A DNA stretch of 64,000 nucleotides from an uncultured cyanobacterium (GCA_963749915.1 CAVVOP010000005.1:224001-288000); one strand, 5' to 3'; counted from the first letter of the stretch, positions 19,166 through 31,437 are shown. Numbers and translations: made by a program. Notes: generated from the sequence alone by a model not told the origin.

Positions 19166-19986
19166 GGTTTTACTCCGGTGCCGACTTACGATTAGTTTAC
19201 TCTAGAATTGACGACCTGTCGGATATGACAGTGCTTATATGTCCTCACTTTCCTTGGGCTTTTATTATCAGAATCAAATGCTGGGATATTGGCAGCTCAA
19301 ATTATGATTATAAACCTTTGAGTGGCAACGGCGCAAAAAAACAATATTGGCTATATCAATCTAGGCAGATAAATAATCAAGTTTAGAGGAAACCCTTCAG
19401 GATCAGGATAACCGTATGAGTATTAATACTTGTTCTTTACTGCAAGGTAATAGGGGCATTTCTTTAGCTTGATTACGGGTTTCTGTATTTTCGAACTTTA
19501 TTAAAAAGGTTTACAATACTTAACATACCAACGTAATAATTCTTTACAAATAGCTCAGGAGAATCTAAATGTTTATAAGTACTAGCCAAGAGTCTCTCGA
19601 AACTAACTTTAGCCCATCTAAAAGAACAAGCAAATATAACCCTTTGGCTATCTTGTTTTTCTTTATGGGGGTAACACATATTTATAGTTTCTTACAAAGA
19701 GGTGGTAGCCAAGACAAAACTCTTAAGATCAAATCAAATCAAAGAGTATTTTCCCAAACATCGAATATTTTTAGATTTTCTCTTAGTCGCTACTTAAGCT
19801 TTTTACTTCTAGGTGCCTTCGTCGCTGCAATCATGGAAATGGTTAGAACTCTCGTAAAATGAAAACCAAAATCAATTTTAGATTGCTTATTATCAATTTT
19901 CCTGTCCTTGATAATCATTGAAAAGCCATTGCCCATCCTTAAGGGAACGATAATATTTGAATTTATCCTTCTTCCAAGGGAATAAA

Positions 19987-21162
19987 TCAATCACTATTAA
20001 TGGTTAATCGCTCGACTTTTTGGGCAAAAATATTTTTAAAATAATCTTGTCTTTGTTGTGGTGTTTCTGGTCCAAAATTCCAGAGACTTTCATAGAAGAA
20101 AAAAGCCACTCCTCCAAAACCTTTTTCACGGGTAGATTTTATTTGTTGATTAATTAAATCAAAATCGACGGCTCTACCTTTTAAACCTGTTAAAATACCG
20201 GTGGCTGAGGGGATATGATCCTTTGCTAATTGTAAATCCTTTTGCTCTAATTCTCGGTTAAAAGAGTCCATATTATCGCGGTAAATTTGCACAATTAATT
20301 CTTCAATTAAACCCTTTCTTTCCCATTGAGCCCAATCCATTAAAAACTGTTCTTTAGAAAACTCTTGAGGGTTAGGAGAAACAGAAATAATTACATTCTT
20401 TTTGACATCTTTTATCAATTTGAATAATGTTTCCATATAATTAGTAATTTTATCTGATCGCCATTGTATCCATTCAGGATTTGTCGAGTCTAAAGGAGGT
20501 AATTTTCCGTCATGTTCTTGACGATATAATGCCACAGTATAAGGGTCATAACCCAATTCTGAGGGATAACCAAAATGATCATCGACTTGGATGCCGTCAA
20601 TGTCATATTTACTGACAATTTCTGAGATTAAATCGGCGATAAAAGCTTGTACTTGAGGATGTAAAGGATTTAACCACACTCTTTTATGAACATTGCCTTC
20701 TAACCACATCCTACTACCATCCTGTCTTTGGGTTAGCCAATCTGGATGGCGTTTCGCTAATTCTGAATCCGCAGGTGCCATAAAACCAAATTCAAACCAG
20801 GGTATCACCGCCATATTTTTTTTATGACCTTCGATAACAACTTCCTTTAATACATCTCTATTTTTTAGGGCTTCAGTAGGATCGATTTTTATCCCCGTAA
20901 TATTCTCGGCGACGGTACTTGGATATAAAGTATAACCCCAATTCCAGACGCTAGGATAAAGAGTGTTAAAATTTAATTGATGTAAGGTTGCGATCCCATT
21001 TTTTGTTTGCTCAACACTAAACAGTACATCACTATCAATATTAGTTAACCAAACTCCTCGAATTTCTTTATTATTAAGGGTTTGAGTATACCCAAGCTGA
21101 CTCCAACTATAGACAAAAATGATAGTTAGGAAAAAGAGGATAATTAATTTACTAGGTTTCAT
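19987..21162 (-). CDS. Glycoside hydrolase-like family 10 (GHL10/DUF187) protein
   Basis: EIRGVWLTN, IPWFEFG, WLNPLHP, DGIQVDDHFGYP; signal peptide. Confidence 0.88.
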   Translation of the reverse strand: MKPSKLIILFFLTIIFVYSWSQLGYTQTLNNKEIRGVWLTNIDSDVLFSVEQTKNGIATLHQLNFNTLYPSVWNWGYTLYPSTVAENITGIKIDPTEALKNRDVLKEVVIEGHKKNMAVIPWFEFGFMAPADSELAKRHPDWLTQRQDGSRMWLEGNVHKRVWLNPLHPQVQAFIADLISEIVSKYDIDGIQVDDHFGYPSELGYDPYTVALYRQEHDGKLPPLDSTNPEWIQWRSDKITNYMETLFKLIKDVKKNVIISVSPNPQEFSKEQFLMDWAQWERKGLIEELIVQIYRDNMDSFNRELEQKDLQLAKDHIPSATGILTGLKGRAVDFDLINQQIKSTREKGFGGVAFFFYESLWNFGPETPQQRQDYFKNIFAQKVERLTINSD

Positions 21163-21208
21163 TAACAGTTAATAGTTGATAGTTGAATAGTTTATGGTTT
21201 GTTAATTG

Positions 21209-22111
21209 TCAATTGTTAATTGTCAATTTAGTGATCCCTGAATGGATCGGATAAAAAGGTTGATGTAAACTAATTAGATGAGCTAAAGTCTTTTTAAGTT
21301 GGGTACGGGACACGATCGCATCCACAAAACCATGTTTTAAAAGATACTCAGAAGTTTGAAAATCATCTGGTAATTTTTCCCTTAAAGTTTGTTCGATAAC
21401 CCTTCTACCAGCAAAGCCAATGGTGGCACCGGGTTCAGCCAAAATTAAATCTCCTAACATAGCAAAACTAGCGGTAACCCCCCCTGTAGTAGGATGAGTA
21501 AGCACAGGAATATATAATAATTTCCTCTCTCTATGACGTTGTAAAGCCCCAGAAATCTTCGCCATTTGCATAAGACTTAACATACCTTCTTGCATTCTTG
21601 CACCCCCAGAAGCACAAATAATCACCACGGGGAAAGATTTTTCTGTGGCGTGTTCAATCAATCTGGTCAGTCTTTCACCCACCACTGATCCCATACTGCC
21701 ACCCATGAAACGAAAATCCATGACACCCAAAGCGATGGGCAAACCGTCAATTAAACCCGTGCCTGTCTGTACTGCATCGGTGAGAGGGGTCTTAGCGTGT
21801 AATTCTTTGAGGCGATCGCCATAACTTTTACGATCGTGAAAATGAAGGGGATCTGTGGGGATCAGATGGTGATTTAGGGTTTGCCATGTTTTAACGTCGA
21901 TTAATTGTGCAATTCTTTCATCACTAAAAATACGCATATGGTGATCACATTCAAAACATACCATATTATTGGCTTGTAAATCTTTGGTATAGGCCAAAAC
22001 TCCGCACTCAGGACATTTAGTCCACAAACCATCGGCAATCTCTCTTTCTTGTTGGGGTTTTATTTCCGGCTCAGATTTTCTCAAATTATCAAACCAATCT
22101 AATAAAGACAT
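21209..22111 (-). CDS. accD: Acetyl-CoA carboxylase carboxyltransferase beta subunit
   Basis: LWTKCPEC zinc finger, [27 protein letters not shown]. Confidence 0.97.
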   Translation of the reverse strand: MSLLDWFDNLRKSEPEIKPQQEREIADGLWTKCPECGVLAYTKDLQANNMVCFECDHHMRIFSDERIAQLIDVKTWQTLNHHLIPTDPLHFHDRKSYGDRLKELHAKTPLTDAVQTGTGLIDGLPIALGVMDFRFMGGSMGSVVGERLTRLIEHATEKSFPVVIICASGGARMQEGMLSLMQMAKISGALQRHRERKLLYIPVLTHPTTGGVTASFAMLGDLILAEPGATIGFAGRRVIEQTLREKLPDDFQTSEYLLKHGFVDAIVSRTQLKKTLAHLISLHQPFYPIHSGITKLTINN

Positions 22112-22369
22112 TTTTTAACAATTAACAATGGACAAACAATTAACTCCGAATGGACAAAGAAACCTTAGCTACTAAAAAACTCTAAACGGGGAACGGGTCA
22201 CCTTACAAGGGTAGTTTTTTTATAAATAGGTGTTGACAATACAAGGAGGACAAGGAAGTGAAAAGCCTATTCTTTGGTTGAGGAATCTTTCCCATCTTCC
22301 AAGTCTCACCTTCCCCCAAATATTAAAAACCTACACCCGAAAGGGAAACTCCGCCTAACTGTTTTTACT

Positions 22370-23203
22370 CTAAGTTTGAGGTTCTAAACGAGCATAGAAC
22401 ACTCCACGAATTTTAACTTCTTCGGGTTCTTCTGCACCTAAGTCAGTGGAAGAAGGTTGCTCACTTTCAAATACCCCTGAAATTTCCCCAGTTTCTTGAT
22501 CTACTTTAGTAATTTGTAAAGAGATTTCACCTTTCATACTTTCAGCCTGTTTGACGTTACTACGGGTGTATTCTTTGCTGTCAGCTCCAGCAGGCAAAGC
22601 CACAGCATTATCATAACCAGAAGTTAAACCACGACCTTTAGGATCTAAGAAAGAAGCTCCACGATAAGAAGGCACTTTAAATTTACCGGAAAAATCAGCA
22701 GAAGTGTTGACGGCGTTGAAACCAGGTTCTGTTTGGGCTACTAATTTTTTAATGGTGAAGAAGAAAGGTACTTGTTCTCCACCAGGCAATAACACTGTAG
22801 CAATTTGGAAATCAATTCCGTCTAGTTCTGTGAAAGTTAAAACACCGTTTTCGTCAGCAGTAAGAGTGCCTCTGATTTGCTCAAGGCTGGTAGTATCTCT
22901 AGTTAAGAGTTTGCCCTGAATAAATTCTGCTTTTTGTCTTTTATTAACGGGTTCTTCTTTAACAAAATATTCTTGTGGTTCTAAGCACATATCTACGACT
23001 GCTAAAGGTTGATCCATAGAAATGGGGATACTACCACGAGTAAACTCAGAAATTTCTGGACATTTATTAGCTAATCCAGTATTAAGAATTTCATCATAAG
23101 TAATTTTATTGGGATCATAAGCCTTAGCAGCATTATCACTACAAGCACCTAAGAATCCTAAACATACAATTAGGAAAGCTACTAATAGGTTGCGAAACCT
23201 CAT
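22370..23203 (-). CDS. psbO: Photosystem II manganese-stabilising protein
   Basis: TGLANKCP, DGIDFQ, PSYRGASFLDPKGRG, GVFESEQPS. Confidence 0.96.
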   Translation of the reverse strand: MRFRNLLVAFLIVCLGFLGACSDNAAKAYDPNKITYDEILNTGLANKCPEISEFTRGSIPISMDQPLAVVDMCLEPQEYFVKEEPVNKRQKAEFIQGKLLTRDTTSLEQIRGTLTADENGVLTFTELDGIDFQIATVLLPGGEQVPFFFTIKKLVAQTEPGFNAVNTSADFSGKFKVPSYRGASFLDPKGRGLTSGYDNAVALPAGADSKEYTRSNVKQAESMKGEISLQITKVDQETGEISGVFESEQPSSTDLGAEEPEEVKIRGVFYARLEPQT

Positions 23204-23650
23204 AATTTGACCTCTCTCAGTTAATCTTTTTTAAATTTTTAATCTTAAGTCGTACTTACTCCCAATTATGATTCCTAATTCAGGGACTAGGATTTAAAAG
23301 AATAAGTGTAGTTAGATTTATCGTGATCTACTTTACCAAATTAAGAGTCTTTATTAAAAAAATATAATGATTCATTCAGAAAAAAGAACTTTTAGCTAAA
23401 AGACGGAAAAGGTTTAAATAACTGGTAAATATCAAGGAAAAATTTTCAATGTTCGATAATTAATGATTTTTAAATTTTTATTAAGTAATTGTTACAAAAA
23501 TTAATCTGTTGCTCGTATTTTGCTGGTATTTATAATAGTTTCATTGTTGTCGGGTTATTCTGGTCAGTCTTTGCCGTTGAGAATACTTTTCGGTTGCGTC
23601 TCTTTTTTCTGATTTGTGTGGCGATCGCTTAATATCAAGAAATATAAGGA

Positions 23651-24877
23651 GTGATAAATATGCTAAAAACTGATTTATTAATTTACCGTTATAGTGGCGA
23701 AACGATTATCCCCAAAAAATTATCTTTACAGCCGAGAATTATTGATTTAGTATTAGAAATAATAGACTGTTTTCAAGATTGTTTAGGTAAAACTCAGGCA
23801 GAATTAGATGAAAAATTACTCAATTTAGAAGCAGATAGTCCAGAATATAAATTAAAGCGTGGTTTAGCCCATCTACTTAAAAATCAATTTGCTCAATTTG
23901 CGATCGTAAGTCCTATTGAACCAACTATATTACGAGAAAAAGTTTTTACTCTCTCGGCGGAGAAAGCGACAATCCCTGCACATAAAAATTATACATTAGA
24001 AGCGATCGCCTCTTTATTGAGTGCAGAATTAAAAAGGGAAGTTTTACCCAGTGAAATCGAAAAGGGTTTATATGCCGACTTACAAGAAAATCGTATTTTA
24101 ACGGAATTTGAAGCACCTACTCCGGAGGCACTAATCCACCGTTACAATTTATCTCAAGTACAAGGGATTTTCTACCGTGCTAGTCATATTATAATTCATG
24201 CTCACCGCAACGATCCTGGAGAATATAAATTACTGTTTCGCTACCTCAAATTATTCCAACTAATTGCTTATATTGAAGGGGATGCCGACACTGGTTTTAC
24301 TATCACCATTGATGGACCTACCAGTTTATTCAAAGCTAGTACTCGTTATGGTTTAGCTTTAGCGAAAATGATACCGGCTTTACTACACGTAAGCAAATGG
24401 AATTTAGAGGCAAAATTGCGTATGAAAGACAACTATGGTAATGGGGAAAAAACTGGCTATTTTCGTCTTGATGATAGTTGTGGTTTAGTCAGTCACTACG
24501 CCAACAATAAAACCTATGATAGTATGCTGGAAGAATCCTTCGCCAATAGTTGGGCAAAATTAAAGACACAATGGTGCTTAGAAAGAGAAGTTGACTTAGT
24601 GCCCTTACCCGGTAGCGTGATGATCCCAGATTTTCGTCTTGTGCATCCTGACGGCAGAGATTTTCTCTTAGAAATTGTTGGTTATTGGCGCCCAGAATAT
24701 TTACAAAAGAAATTCTATCAAGTGCGTCGTGCCGAAGCAACTAATTTGATTTTAGCCGTTTCTGAACGTTTAAATTTAGAAAAAGCAGGAGTTAATTTTC
24801 AAGATTTACCGAATCGGTTAATTTGGTTTAAAAATAAACTCTCTCCTAAAGAAGTATTGGCAATAATTGATAATTAA
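23651..24877 (+). CDS. DUF790 family predicted PD-(D/E)xK nuclease (Bax1-like)
   Basis: LYADL, RYNLSQVQG, IDGPTSLF..STRYG, IPDFRL, LEIVGYWRPEYL. Confidence 0.85.
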   Translation: MINMLKTDLLIYRYSGETIIPKKLSLQPRIIDLVLEIIDCFQDCLGKTQAELDEKLLNLEADSPEYKLKRGLAHLLKNQFAQFAIVSPIEPTILREKVFTLSAEKATIPAHKNYTLEAIASLLSAELKREVLPSEIEKGLYADLQENRILTEFEAPTPEALIHRYNLSQVQGIFYRASHIIIHAHRNDPGEYKLLFRYLKLFQLIAYIEGDADTGFTITIDGPTSLFKASTRYGLALAKMIPALLHVSKWNLEAKLRMKDNYGNGEKTGYFRLDDSCGLVSHYANNKTYDSMLEESFANSWAKLKTQWCLEREVDLVPLPGSVMIPDFRLVHPDGRDFLLEIVGYWRPEYLQKKFYQVRRAEATNLILAVSERLNLEKAGVNFQDLPNRLIWFKNKLSPKEVLAIIDN

Positions 24878-24884
24878 TGATGGC

Positions 24885-24902
24885 TATAGCATTCTTAAAT
24901 AG
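24885..24902. mobile_element. Solo IS630/MITE-like terminal sequence
   Basis: TATAGCATTCTTAAATAG, 16/18 identical to 61318-61335. Confidence 0.35.
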
Positions 24903-25018
24903 TGGTCCGTCAAGATAGTTTTGAGGGACTGGGCGGATTTGAAGAATTCTCCTATCCCTCATTTCAAAATTGATAGACCAGTATTTGTAGTTTTTTAACC
25001 CTTTTCCTTGTACTATGA

Positions 25019-26410
25019 TTACAGTCGAGCAACCCCTGCCTCACGGGCGGCTTGTTGTACGGCAGCGGATACAGTAGTAGCGACTCGGTTATCAAATACG
25101 GAAGGGATAATATGCTCTTTATCTAACACATTAGGTGATACCAAAGAGGCGATCGCCTTAGCCGCTTGAAGATACATTTCCGTAGTTAATGAGGTGGCAC
25201 GACAATCTAAAGCACCTCGGAATAGGCCGGGAAAGGCCAAAACATTGTTGATTTGGTTAGGATAATCACTTCTGCCAGTGGCAATGACGGCGGCGATATC
25301 CTGGATTAATTCGGGTTGAATTTCGGGGATGGGGTTAGCCATAGCGAAAATAATAGAATCTTCTGCCATGGTTTTTACCATCTCAGGGGTAAGAATTTTA
25401 GGAGCGCTAACACCGATAAACACATCGGCATCAATTAAAGCATCTTCCAATAAACCGCCTTTTTTCACCGCAAAAAATTGTTTTTGTGGAGTTAGTTTTA
25501 CTCGATCTTCACTTATAATACCCTGCGAGTCACAAAGTGTAATATGATGACAGTGAGCTTCATTAAGTAACCGAGCGATGGCAACTCCAGCCGCACCAGC
25601 ACCATTGATAACGACTCGGATAGTCTCCATGTCTTTCTTCACAAGTTTGAGAGCATTTATTAATGCCGCAACAGTTACAATTGCTGTGCCATGTTGATCA
25701 TCATGGAAGACGGGGATATTTAATTCCCCCTGTAATCTTTTCTCGATTTCAAAACAACGAGGCGCCGCGATGTCTTCAAGATTAACTCCCCCAAAAACGG
25801 GAGCAATATTTTTGACGGTTTTAATAATTTCTTCTACATCTTGGGTGGCCAAACACACGGGGAAGGCATCAATATCGGCAAATTCCTTAAATAACATGGA
25901 TTTTCCTTCCATGACGGGTAATGATGCTTCTGGTCCTAAATTTCCCAATCCTAACACCGCACTACCATCTGTCACGATCGCTACACTATTACTTTTGATA
26001 GTTAAAGAATATACATTTTCGGGATCTTCATGGATGGCTTTACAAATTCTGCCAACTCCTGGAGTGTATGCCATGGCCAAGTCAGAGGAAGAAGTAATGG
26101 CAATACGGTTTTGAATGTGAATTTTTCCGCCCCTATGGACATCGAAAGTGCGATCACTTACATGGAGAATGTTAACTTCGGCAACGGATTTGATGGCAGC
26201 AACTATTTTTTCTGCGTGTTCAGTACTAGAAGCGTCAATGTGTAACTCTCTTTTGATGGTTTTCAAATTGCGCTCAATGAGGGACACTTGTCCTAAATTA
26301 CCGCCAACATCGGCGATGGCTTTAGTTACTTTTGCCAATGTTCCAGCACGATTCAGTAATTCTAAACGGATTGTTAAACTAAAACTAGAATTAGGGGTTA
26401 AATCTACCAT
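25019..26410 (-). CDS. NAD(P)-dependent malic enzyme with N-terminal ACT domain
   Basis: YTPGVG, VMEGK, NLEDIAAPRCF, FHDDQHGT, GAGAAG, TGRSDYPNQINN. Confidence 0.93.
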   Translation of the reverse strand: MVDLTPNSSFSLTIRLELLNRAGTLAKVTKAIADVGGNLGQVSLIERNLKTIKRELHIDASSTEHAEKIVAAIKSVAEVNILHVSDRTFDVHRGGKIHIQNRIAITSSSDLAMAYTPGVGRICKAIHEDPENVYSLTIKSNSVAIVTDGSAVLGLGNLGPEASLPVMEGKSMLFKEFADIDAFPVCLATQDVEEIIKTVKNIAPVFGGVNLEDIAAPRCFEIEKRLQGELNIPVFHDDQHGTAIVTVAALINALKLVKKDMETIRVVINGAGAAGVAIARLLNEAHCHHITLCDSQGIISEDRVKLTPQKQFFAVKKGGLLEDALIDADVFIGVSAPKILTPEMVKTMAEDSIIFAMANPIPEIQPELIQDIAAVIATGRSDYPNQINNVLAFPGLFRGALDCRATSLTTEMYLQAAKAIASLVSPNVLDKEHIIPSVFDNRVATTVSAAVQQAAREAGVARL

Positions 26411-26638
26411 TTTTTAGGATTTTGTCTTTATCTATATAAATATTCCTAGAATTGTATCCCAAACCATCAATGGCTTTTGATTCTCTTTGTTAAGAAACGA
26501 CTATTTTAGCTCAAAGAACATTTTGTCTAAAAACTGGCAAAATTATCAATGTATGACATCAAAAATTTTTGTAATATAAAATTTTTTAAAGTTCCCTGAG
26601 TTAAAATAATATTAAGTTTTGTAAAGTAAGCTAAAGAG

Positions 26639-27238
26639 ATGATCTTAAAACCCGAAACCACCGTCACAACATGGCATAAACTTCAAGCAATTTGGCAGGG
26701 AGGGGAAGAATTAGTCAAAATCGGCCTGCCCCATAGTCAATTGGCACCAGCATGGCAGATACTATTATTAGGTGATGGTTCACCTACTCGACATTTAAGA
26801 TTATTAACTAGTGAAACCATCGAAGTTGACGTAATTGATATGTCATTGATTGGCAATGATTTAGACAATGCACCAAAAGGCATAGAAAAAGTGCCAAATC
26901 CGAGACTGAGAAGACAGGTATGGTTAAAAACTGCCAGTGGTAAAAGATTAGCCTATGCCGCGTCATGGTGGGAAGCCAGTCACGTTGATGAGTATTTGCA
27001 AAATCGCAGTTTACCGATATGGGAAAGTTTATCTTTGTTACATACGGAGTTATATAGAGATATTCAAGGGATTTATTACGGAAAATCCGAGGCTTTAGAG
27101 AAAGGTTTTGGCGAAAAAGGAAGTTTTTGGGGGAGACATTATCTATTTTGGCATCGAGGCAAACCTTTAACTCTTATTTATGAAGTTTTTTCTCCTTACC
27201 TATCTAAATATTTAGGCAAGTTAAAAATTAGTAATTAA
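26639..27238 (+). CDS. ubiC: Chorismate lyase (Ycf21/UbiC-like)
   Basis: LLLGDGSPTRHL, RRQVWL, YAASWW, WGRHYLF, IYEVFSP. Confidence 0.85.
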   Translation: MILKPETTVTTWHKLQAIWQGGEELVKIGLPHSQLAPAWQILLLGDGSPTRHLRLLTSETIEVDVIDMSLIGNDLDNAPKGIEKVPNPRLRRQVWLKTASGKRLAYAASWWEASHVDEYLQNRSLPIWESLSLLHTELYRDIQGIYYGKSEALEKGFGEKGSFWGRHYLFWHRGKPLTLIYEVFSPYLSKYLGKLKISN

Positions 27239-27329
27239 CTTGTCCACATTCTCCGAAATAAAAAAGCAATTAATCCTAGCTAATCTTTTACTTTTTCATT
27301 GTTCATGGTCAATTATCAATTGTTTATTT

Positions 27330-28688
27330 ATGTTTCAAACCACCCGTCGTCGTTTAGCAATTTGGTACACTACAGTGACGGCGGTATTGTTAATTATTTT
27401 TGCTACGGGAATTTATGGTTATGTTTATAAAACTTTAATTGATAGGATTGATGATACTTTAAAACACGTTATCGAAATTATTGAACCATCTTTAATAGTA
27501 GATGAAGTTAGTGTCGCCGATGGCAAATTTCGGGTTAATTTAGAGGCAAGTTTTTATCAACATCCTAGTGCCACTAATAAGGTAGAAGATGACCATATTG
27601 ATTTGGAATGGTTTAGTCCGAATGGTGAGTTATTATGGGAAACCTTAGAAGCACCTTTACTCATTCCTCTGTCATTTAATTCTGGGGGAAAAACCATTCG
27701 TATTTCTGATGATTATTTATTGCGACAAATCACGAAAAGAGTGGAAATTGGACGTTATGTTTTAGGTTATTTAAGAGTTAGTCATCCCTTATTTGACGTG
27801 GTTAAACCCATTCAAAAATTAATTATTGACTTAAGTTTAGGGATTTTTTTGATGATTATTTCTGTGGCAGGAATCGGTTGGTTTTTGTCGGGTATTGCTA
27901 TTAAGCCTGTCATCGAATCTTACCAAAGTTTAAAGCAATTTACGGCCGATGCTTCCCATGAATTAAGAAATCCTATTGCTACGATAAAAACCAATATTCA
28001 AAGTTTATTATCTTATCCCGAAACTGATGCAAAAATACAAGAAAAACAGTTAAAAATTTTGGAAAGATTAACGGAAAGACTAAATAATTTAGTTAATGAT
28101 TTATTATTTTTAGCACGTAATGATAGCGGTATTGTTAAACCTAATTTTACTCCTATTCCTCTCGATGCTTTATTATTAGAGGTAGTGGAGGAACAAAAAA
28201 TTATTGCTCAACAAAAAAATATTGAGTTATCTTTAAAGATTATCAATGATGACCTAGTATCGGAAAATTTAGAAGAAAATTTGTTCACCATTAACGGAGA
28301 TTGGGCAGAAATTAGTCGTTTATTTACGAATCTTATAAGTAACGCTATTATTCATGGTATCGATGATAAAAATAAGAGTCAGAATTTAATCATCAAAGTC
28401 ATTTTGACAATTATCAAAAAACAACATAAAAATTATTGTCAAGTAGAAGTAAAAGATAATGGTATTGGTATCTCAGATTCTGTTTTACCCCATCTTTTTG
28501 ATCGTTTTTATCGTAGGGATTTTTCCCGTCGTCAAGGCGATGATAACTCCAATTTTAGCACCGGTTTAGGTTTAGCGATCGCCTTAGCCATTGTGGAAAG
28601 TCATCAAGGAAAAATTAGGGTGGAAAGCAGTATCAATCAAGGTAGTAATTTTATTGTTAATCTACCTTCAGTTTACCAATGTCCTTAA
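27330..28688 (+). CDS. Membrane sensor histidine kinase
   Basis: Two TMs; FTADASHELRNP H-box; NLISNA, DNGIG, FDRFYR, GLGLAI; ATG 27330 preferred over TTG 27240. Confidence 0.93.
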   Translation: MFQTTRRRLAIWYTTVTAVLLIIFATGIYGYVYKTLIDRIDDTLKHVIEIIEPSLIVDEVSVADGKFRVNLEASFYQHPSATNKVEDDHIDLEWFSPNGELLWETLEAPLLIPLSFNSGGKTIRISDDYLLRQITKRVEIGRYVLGYLRVSHPLFDVVKPIQKLIIDLSLGIFLMIISVAGIGWFLSGIAIKPVIESYQSLKQFTADASHELRNPIATIKTNIQSLLSYPETDAKIQEKQLKILERLTERLNNLVNDLLFLARNDSGIVKPNFTPIPLDALLLEVVEEQKIIAQQKNIELSLKIINDDLVSENLEENLFTINGDWAEISRLFTNLISNAIIHGIDDKNKSQNLIIKVILTIIKKQHKNYCQVEVKDNGIGISDSVLPHLFDRFYRRDFSRRQGDDNSNFSTGLGLAIALAIVESHQGKIRVESSINQGSNFIVNLPSVYQCP

Positions 28689-28691
28689 TTT

Positions 28692-28979
28692 TTATATTAT
28701 TCCGGCAATAATGTTTTCTAATTCTGTTTTTTCTAGGGTAGTAATAATAAAAACTTCCTGTACACTTTTACCACATCTGGCAATTAATTTATAACCCCCC
28801 CGAATTGGCACAGAAATTTTTAATTTCAGATGAGGAGAATGACTACGAGCTCTACTTAAAACAGCAGGTGTTACAGTCTTAACCCCTTCATAAGTAGCTA
28901 GTTTTTCGAGAATGGGAATCAATCCATCAAGGTGTGTCGAGTGATTCCACACGATTCTACCTTCCGAAGATTTGCTCAT
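28692..28979 (-). CDS. DUF2103 family protein
   Basis: GRIVWNHSTHLDGLIPIL...GGYKLIAR.GKSVQEVF; overlaps the clpS stop. Confidence 0.8.
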   Translation of the reverse strand: MSKSSEGRIVWNHSTHLDGLIPILEKLATYEGVKTVTPAVLSRARSHSPHLKLKISVPIRGGYKLIARCGKSVQEVFIITTLEKTELENIIAGII

Positions 28980-29281
28980 ATAGCCTCCAATGGTGCCATT
29001 GTCAAACCTTCCCGTCTTAATTGTTGATGATATAATTCAGCTTGTTCTAAAGGGCCACTCCACACCAATGCCTGTCCATTAAAGTGGACCTGATTTGTCA
29101 ACTCCCAAGCAAGATCACTGGTCATGTTGGGAATATATTTCACTAAACAATCCGCCACATGATTAAATGTATTAAAATCGTCATTTAATACAATTACTTT
29201 AAAATTAGGATAAGGTTTACGAGTAACCTCACTAGATTTAGTAGGAGCAATAATTGTACTTGCTAAAACTGTCTGAGTCAT
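28976..29281 (-). CDS. clpS: ATP-dependent Clp protease adaptor ClpS
   Basis: KVIVLNDDFNTF, QVHFNGQALVW.GP.EQAELY. Confidence 0.92.
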   Translation of the reverse strand: MTQTVLASTIIAPTKSSEVTRKPYPNFKVIVLNDDFNTFNHVADCLVKYIPNMTSDLAWELTNQVHFNGQALVWSGPLEQAELYHQQLRREGLTMAPLEAI

Positions 29282-29726
29282 ATTAGATCAAAAAAAGTAA
29301 TTTAAACTTAAAGATATTGTTAAATATTATTAAATAATATATCACAAGTTATGATTTTAAGTAGTTAGTTACAACGAGTTATATAATCTCATGGGAGAAG
29401 GAAAAAGAAAAGAAATTGTAGGACAAACTCCTAAGAAATTTAGCCCTACAAGAAAAATGGCAAAATAGCGAAGAATTTTTAAGCATAAAAGTTTCTCAAT
29501 TTATGAGAAGATATTTTTATTCATCCTCTTAAAGGAGAAGATCTAAAAGTAATTAATTATATTCGGGATAATCGACATCAATATCAAAGATAAAACTTAA
29601 TAAGATATCTCTGTTATTAAACTAATAATAAATTGTAATGTCAGTTCGAATTCTTGATTAATCAAGAGATAAAATGCTATAATTTTTAAAAAAAGTTTTA
29701 TTAATCGACAATTAAATTATCAAATT

Positions 29727-31121
29727 ATGACTATTAGTAATAGAATTATTGATGTTCTAAGAAAGGGAAAATCTCAAGAAAAAATTAGAATTCAAGGATG
29801 GGTAAGAACAAAAAGAGAATTAAAAGAATTTACTTTTATAGAAGTTAGTGATGGTTCATCTTTGACTAATTTGCAAGTAGTTTTAAACCAAGATTTACCT
29901 AACTATGAAACTATTATAAAAAGACTCAGCACTGGTTCATCTTTAGTCGTAGAAGGTATATTAGTAGAGTCCCCTGCTAAAGGACAAAGAATAGAATTAA
30001 ACGCTAATTTTATTGAAATATTTGGAGATTGTGATCCCGAAACTTATCCTTTACAAAAAAAACGTCATTCTTTTGAATTTTTAAGAACGATTGGTCATTT
30101 AAGAGGACGAACAAATACTATGGGTGCAGTCATGAGGGTGAGAAATGCCTGTGCAAATGCTGTCCATCAGTTCTTCCAAAATAAAGGGTTTTTATGGGTA
30201 CATACTCCTATTATTACCGCTAGTGATTGTGAAGGTGCGGGAGAATTATTTACCGTAACTAACCTAAATTTAGAAGAAATTTTAGATAAAAAAACAGAGA
30301 AAATAGATTATAAAAACGATTTTTTTGGTCGTCAGACCTACTTAACAGTTAGTGGACAATTAGAAGCAGAAATTATGGCAATGGCTTTTCAAAATGTCTA
30401 TACTTTTGGGCCTACTTTTAGAGCAGAAAATTCTAATACTTCTCGTCATTTAGCAGAGTTCTGGATGGTTGAACCTGAGATGGCTTTTTGTGATCTTGAA
30501 GGGGATCAAAATTTAGCAGAAGAATTTTTAAAATATGTCTTTAAATATGTTTTAGATAATTGTCCTGAAGATCTCGAATTTTTCCATCAAAGAATCAATA
30601 AAACTGTCTTGGATAACGCCGAAAATATTATTAATAAAGAATTTGCCAGAATTACTTATACTGATGCCATTAGTTTATTGGAAAAATGCGATCAAACTTT
30701 TGAATATAAAGTAGAATGGGGCATTGATTTACAATCCGAACATGAACGTTATTTAGCGGAAGAATTATTTAAAAAACCTGTTATTGTCACTAACTATCCT
30801 CAAGGTATAAAAGCCTTTTATATGCGTTTAAATGATGATCAAAAAACCGTTGCGGCAATGGATATTTTAGCCCCAAATATCGGTGAAATTATTGGCGGTT
30901 CACAAAGAGAAGAAAGACTAGATATTTTAGAGTCAAGAATTGCCGACTTAAACATCAACGCCGAAAATATTTGGTGGTATTTAGACTTACGAAGATATGG
31001 TACTGTTCCTCATGCAGGTTTTGGCTTAGGATTTGAACGATTAGTGCAATTTATGACAGGAATGGAAAATATTCGAGATGTAATTCCTTTTCCTCGTACT
31101 CCCATGAATGTTGAATTTTAA
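29727..31121 (+). CDS. asnS: Asparagine--tRNA ligase
   Basis: [40 protein letters not shown]. Confidence 0.97.
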   Translation: MTISNRIIDVLRKGKSQEKIRIQGWVRTKRELKEFTFIEVSDGSSLTNLQVVLNQDLPNYETIIKRLSTGSSLVVEGILVESPAKGQRIELNANFIEIFGDCDPETYPLQKKRHSFEFLRTIGHLRGRTNTMGAVMRVRNACANAVHQFFQNKGFLWVHTPIITASDCEGAGELFTVTNLNLEEILDKKTEKIDYKNDFFGRQTYLTVSGQLEAEIMAMAFQNVYTFGPTFRAENSNTSRHLAEFWMVEPEMAFCDLEGDQNLAEEFLKYVFKYVLDNCPEDLEFFHQRINKTVLDNAENIINKEFARITYTDAISLLEKCDQTFEYKVEWGIDLQSEHERYLAEELFKKPVIVTNYPQGIKAFYMRLNDDQKTVAAMDILAPNIGEIIGGSQREERLDILESRIADLNINAENIWWYLDLRRYGTVPHAGFGLGFERLVQFMTGMENIRDVIPFPRTPMNVEF

Positions 31122-31437
31122 TTAAGAATTATTAGATTAAGATTAAAATTAATATTATTCCGATCTAAAATAGATCTAATATATTAGAGATAGTGAATTT
31201 GTCAGGATAAATTTATAATATTAAAGTGTCATTAACTAGCAAATAGTTTAGCCTTAAAAGAAGTTATAGTTGTAAGGATTATTTTGCTATAGTATTTGAC
31301 AAATCTTTATTCCTTAATCTATTAAGTATTATAAAATTATCTCGCAACATATCAAAAATTGATAAACATTGTTACGAACTTCTGACAAAAATTATTTTTA
31401 TTTACATCCAAAAAACCTTAATTAAGGAACTAAAAAT

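Noticed and set aside
19473..19990. Three overlapping small ORFs (68, 97 and 66 aa)
   Set aside because: No recognisable motif and they conflict with each other; the 97-aa plus-strand ORF with two hydrophobic patches could be real but cannot be supported.
29391..29468. 25-codon ORF MGEGKRKEIVGQTPKKFSPTRKMAK
   Set aside because: Very short, no clear SD, no family support.
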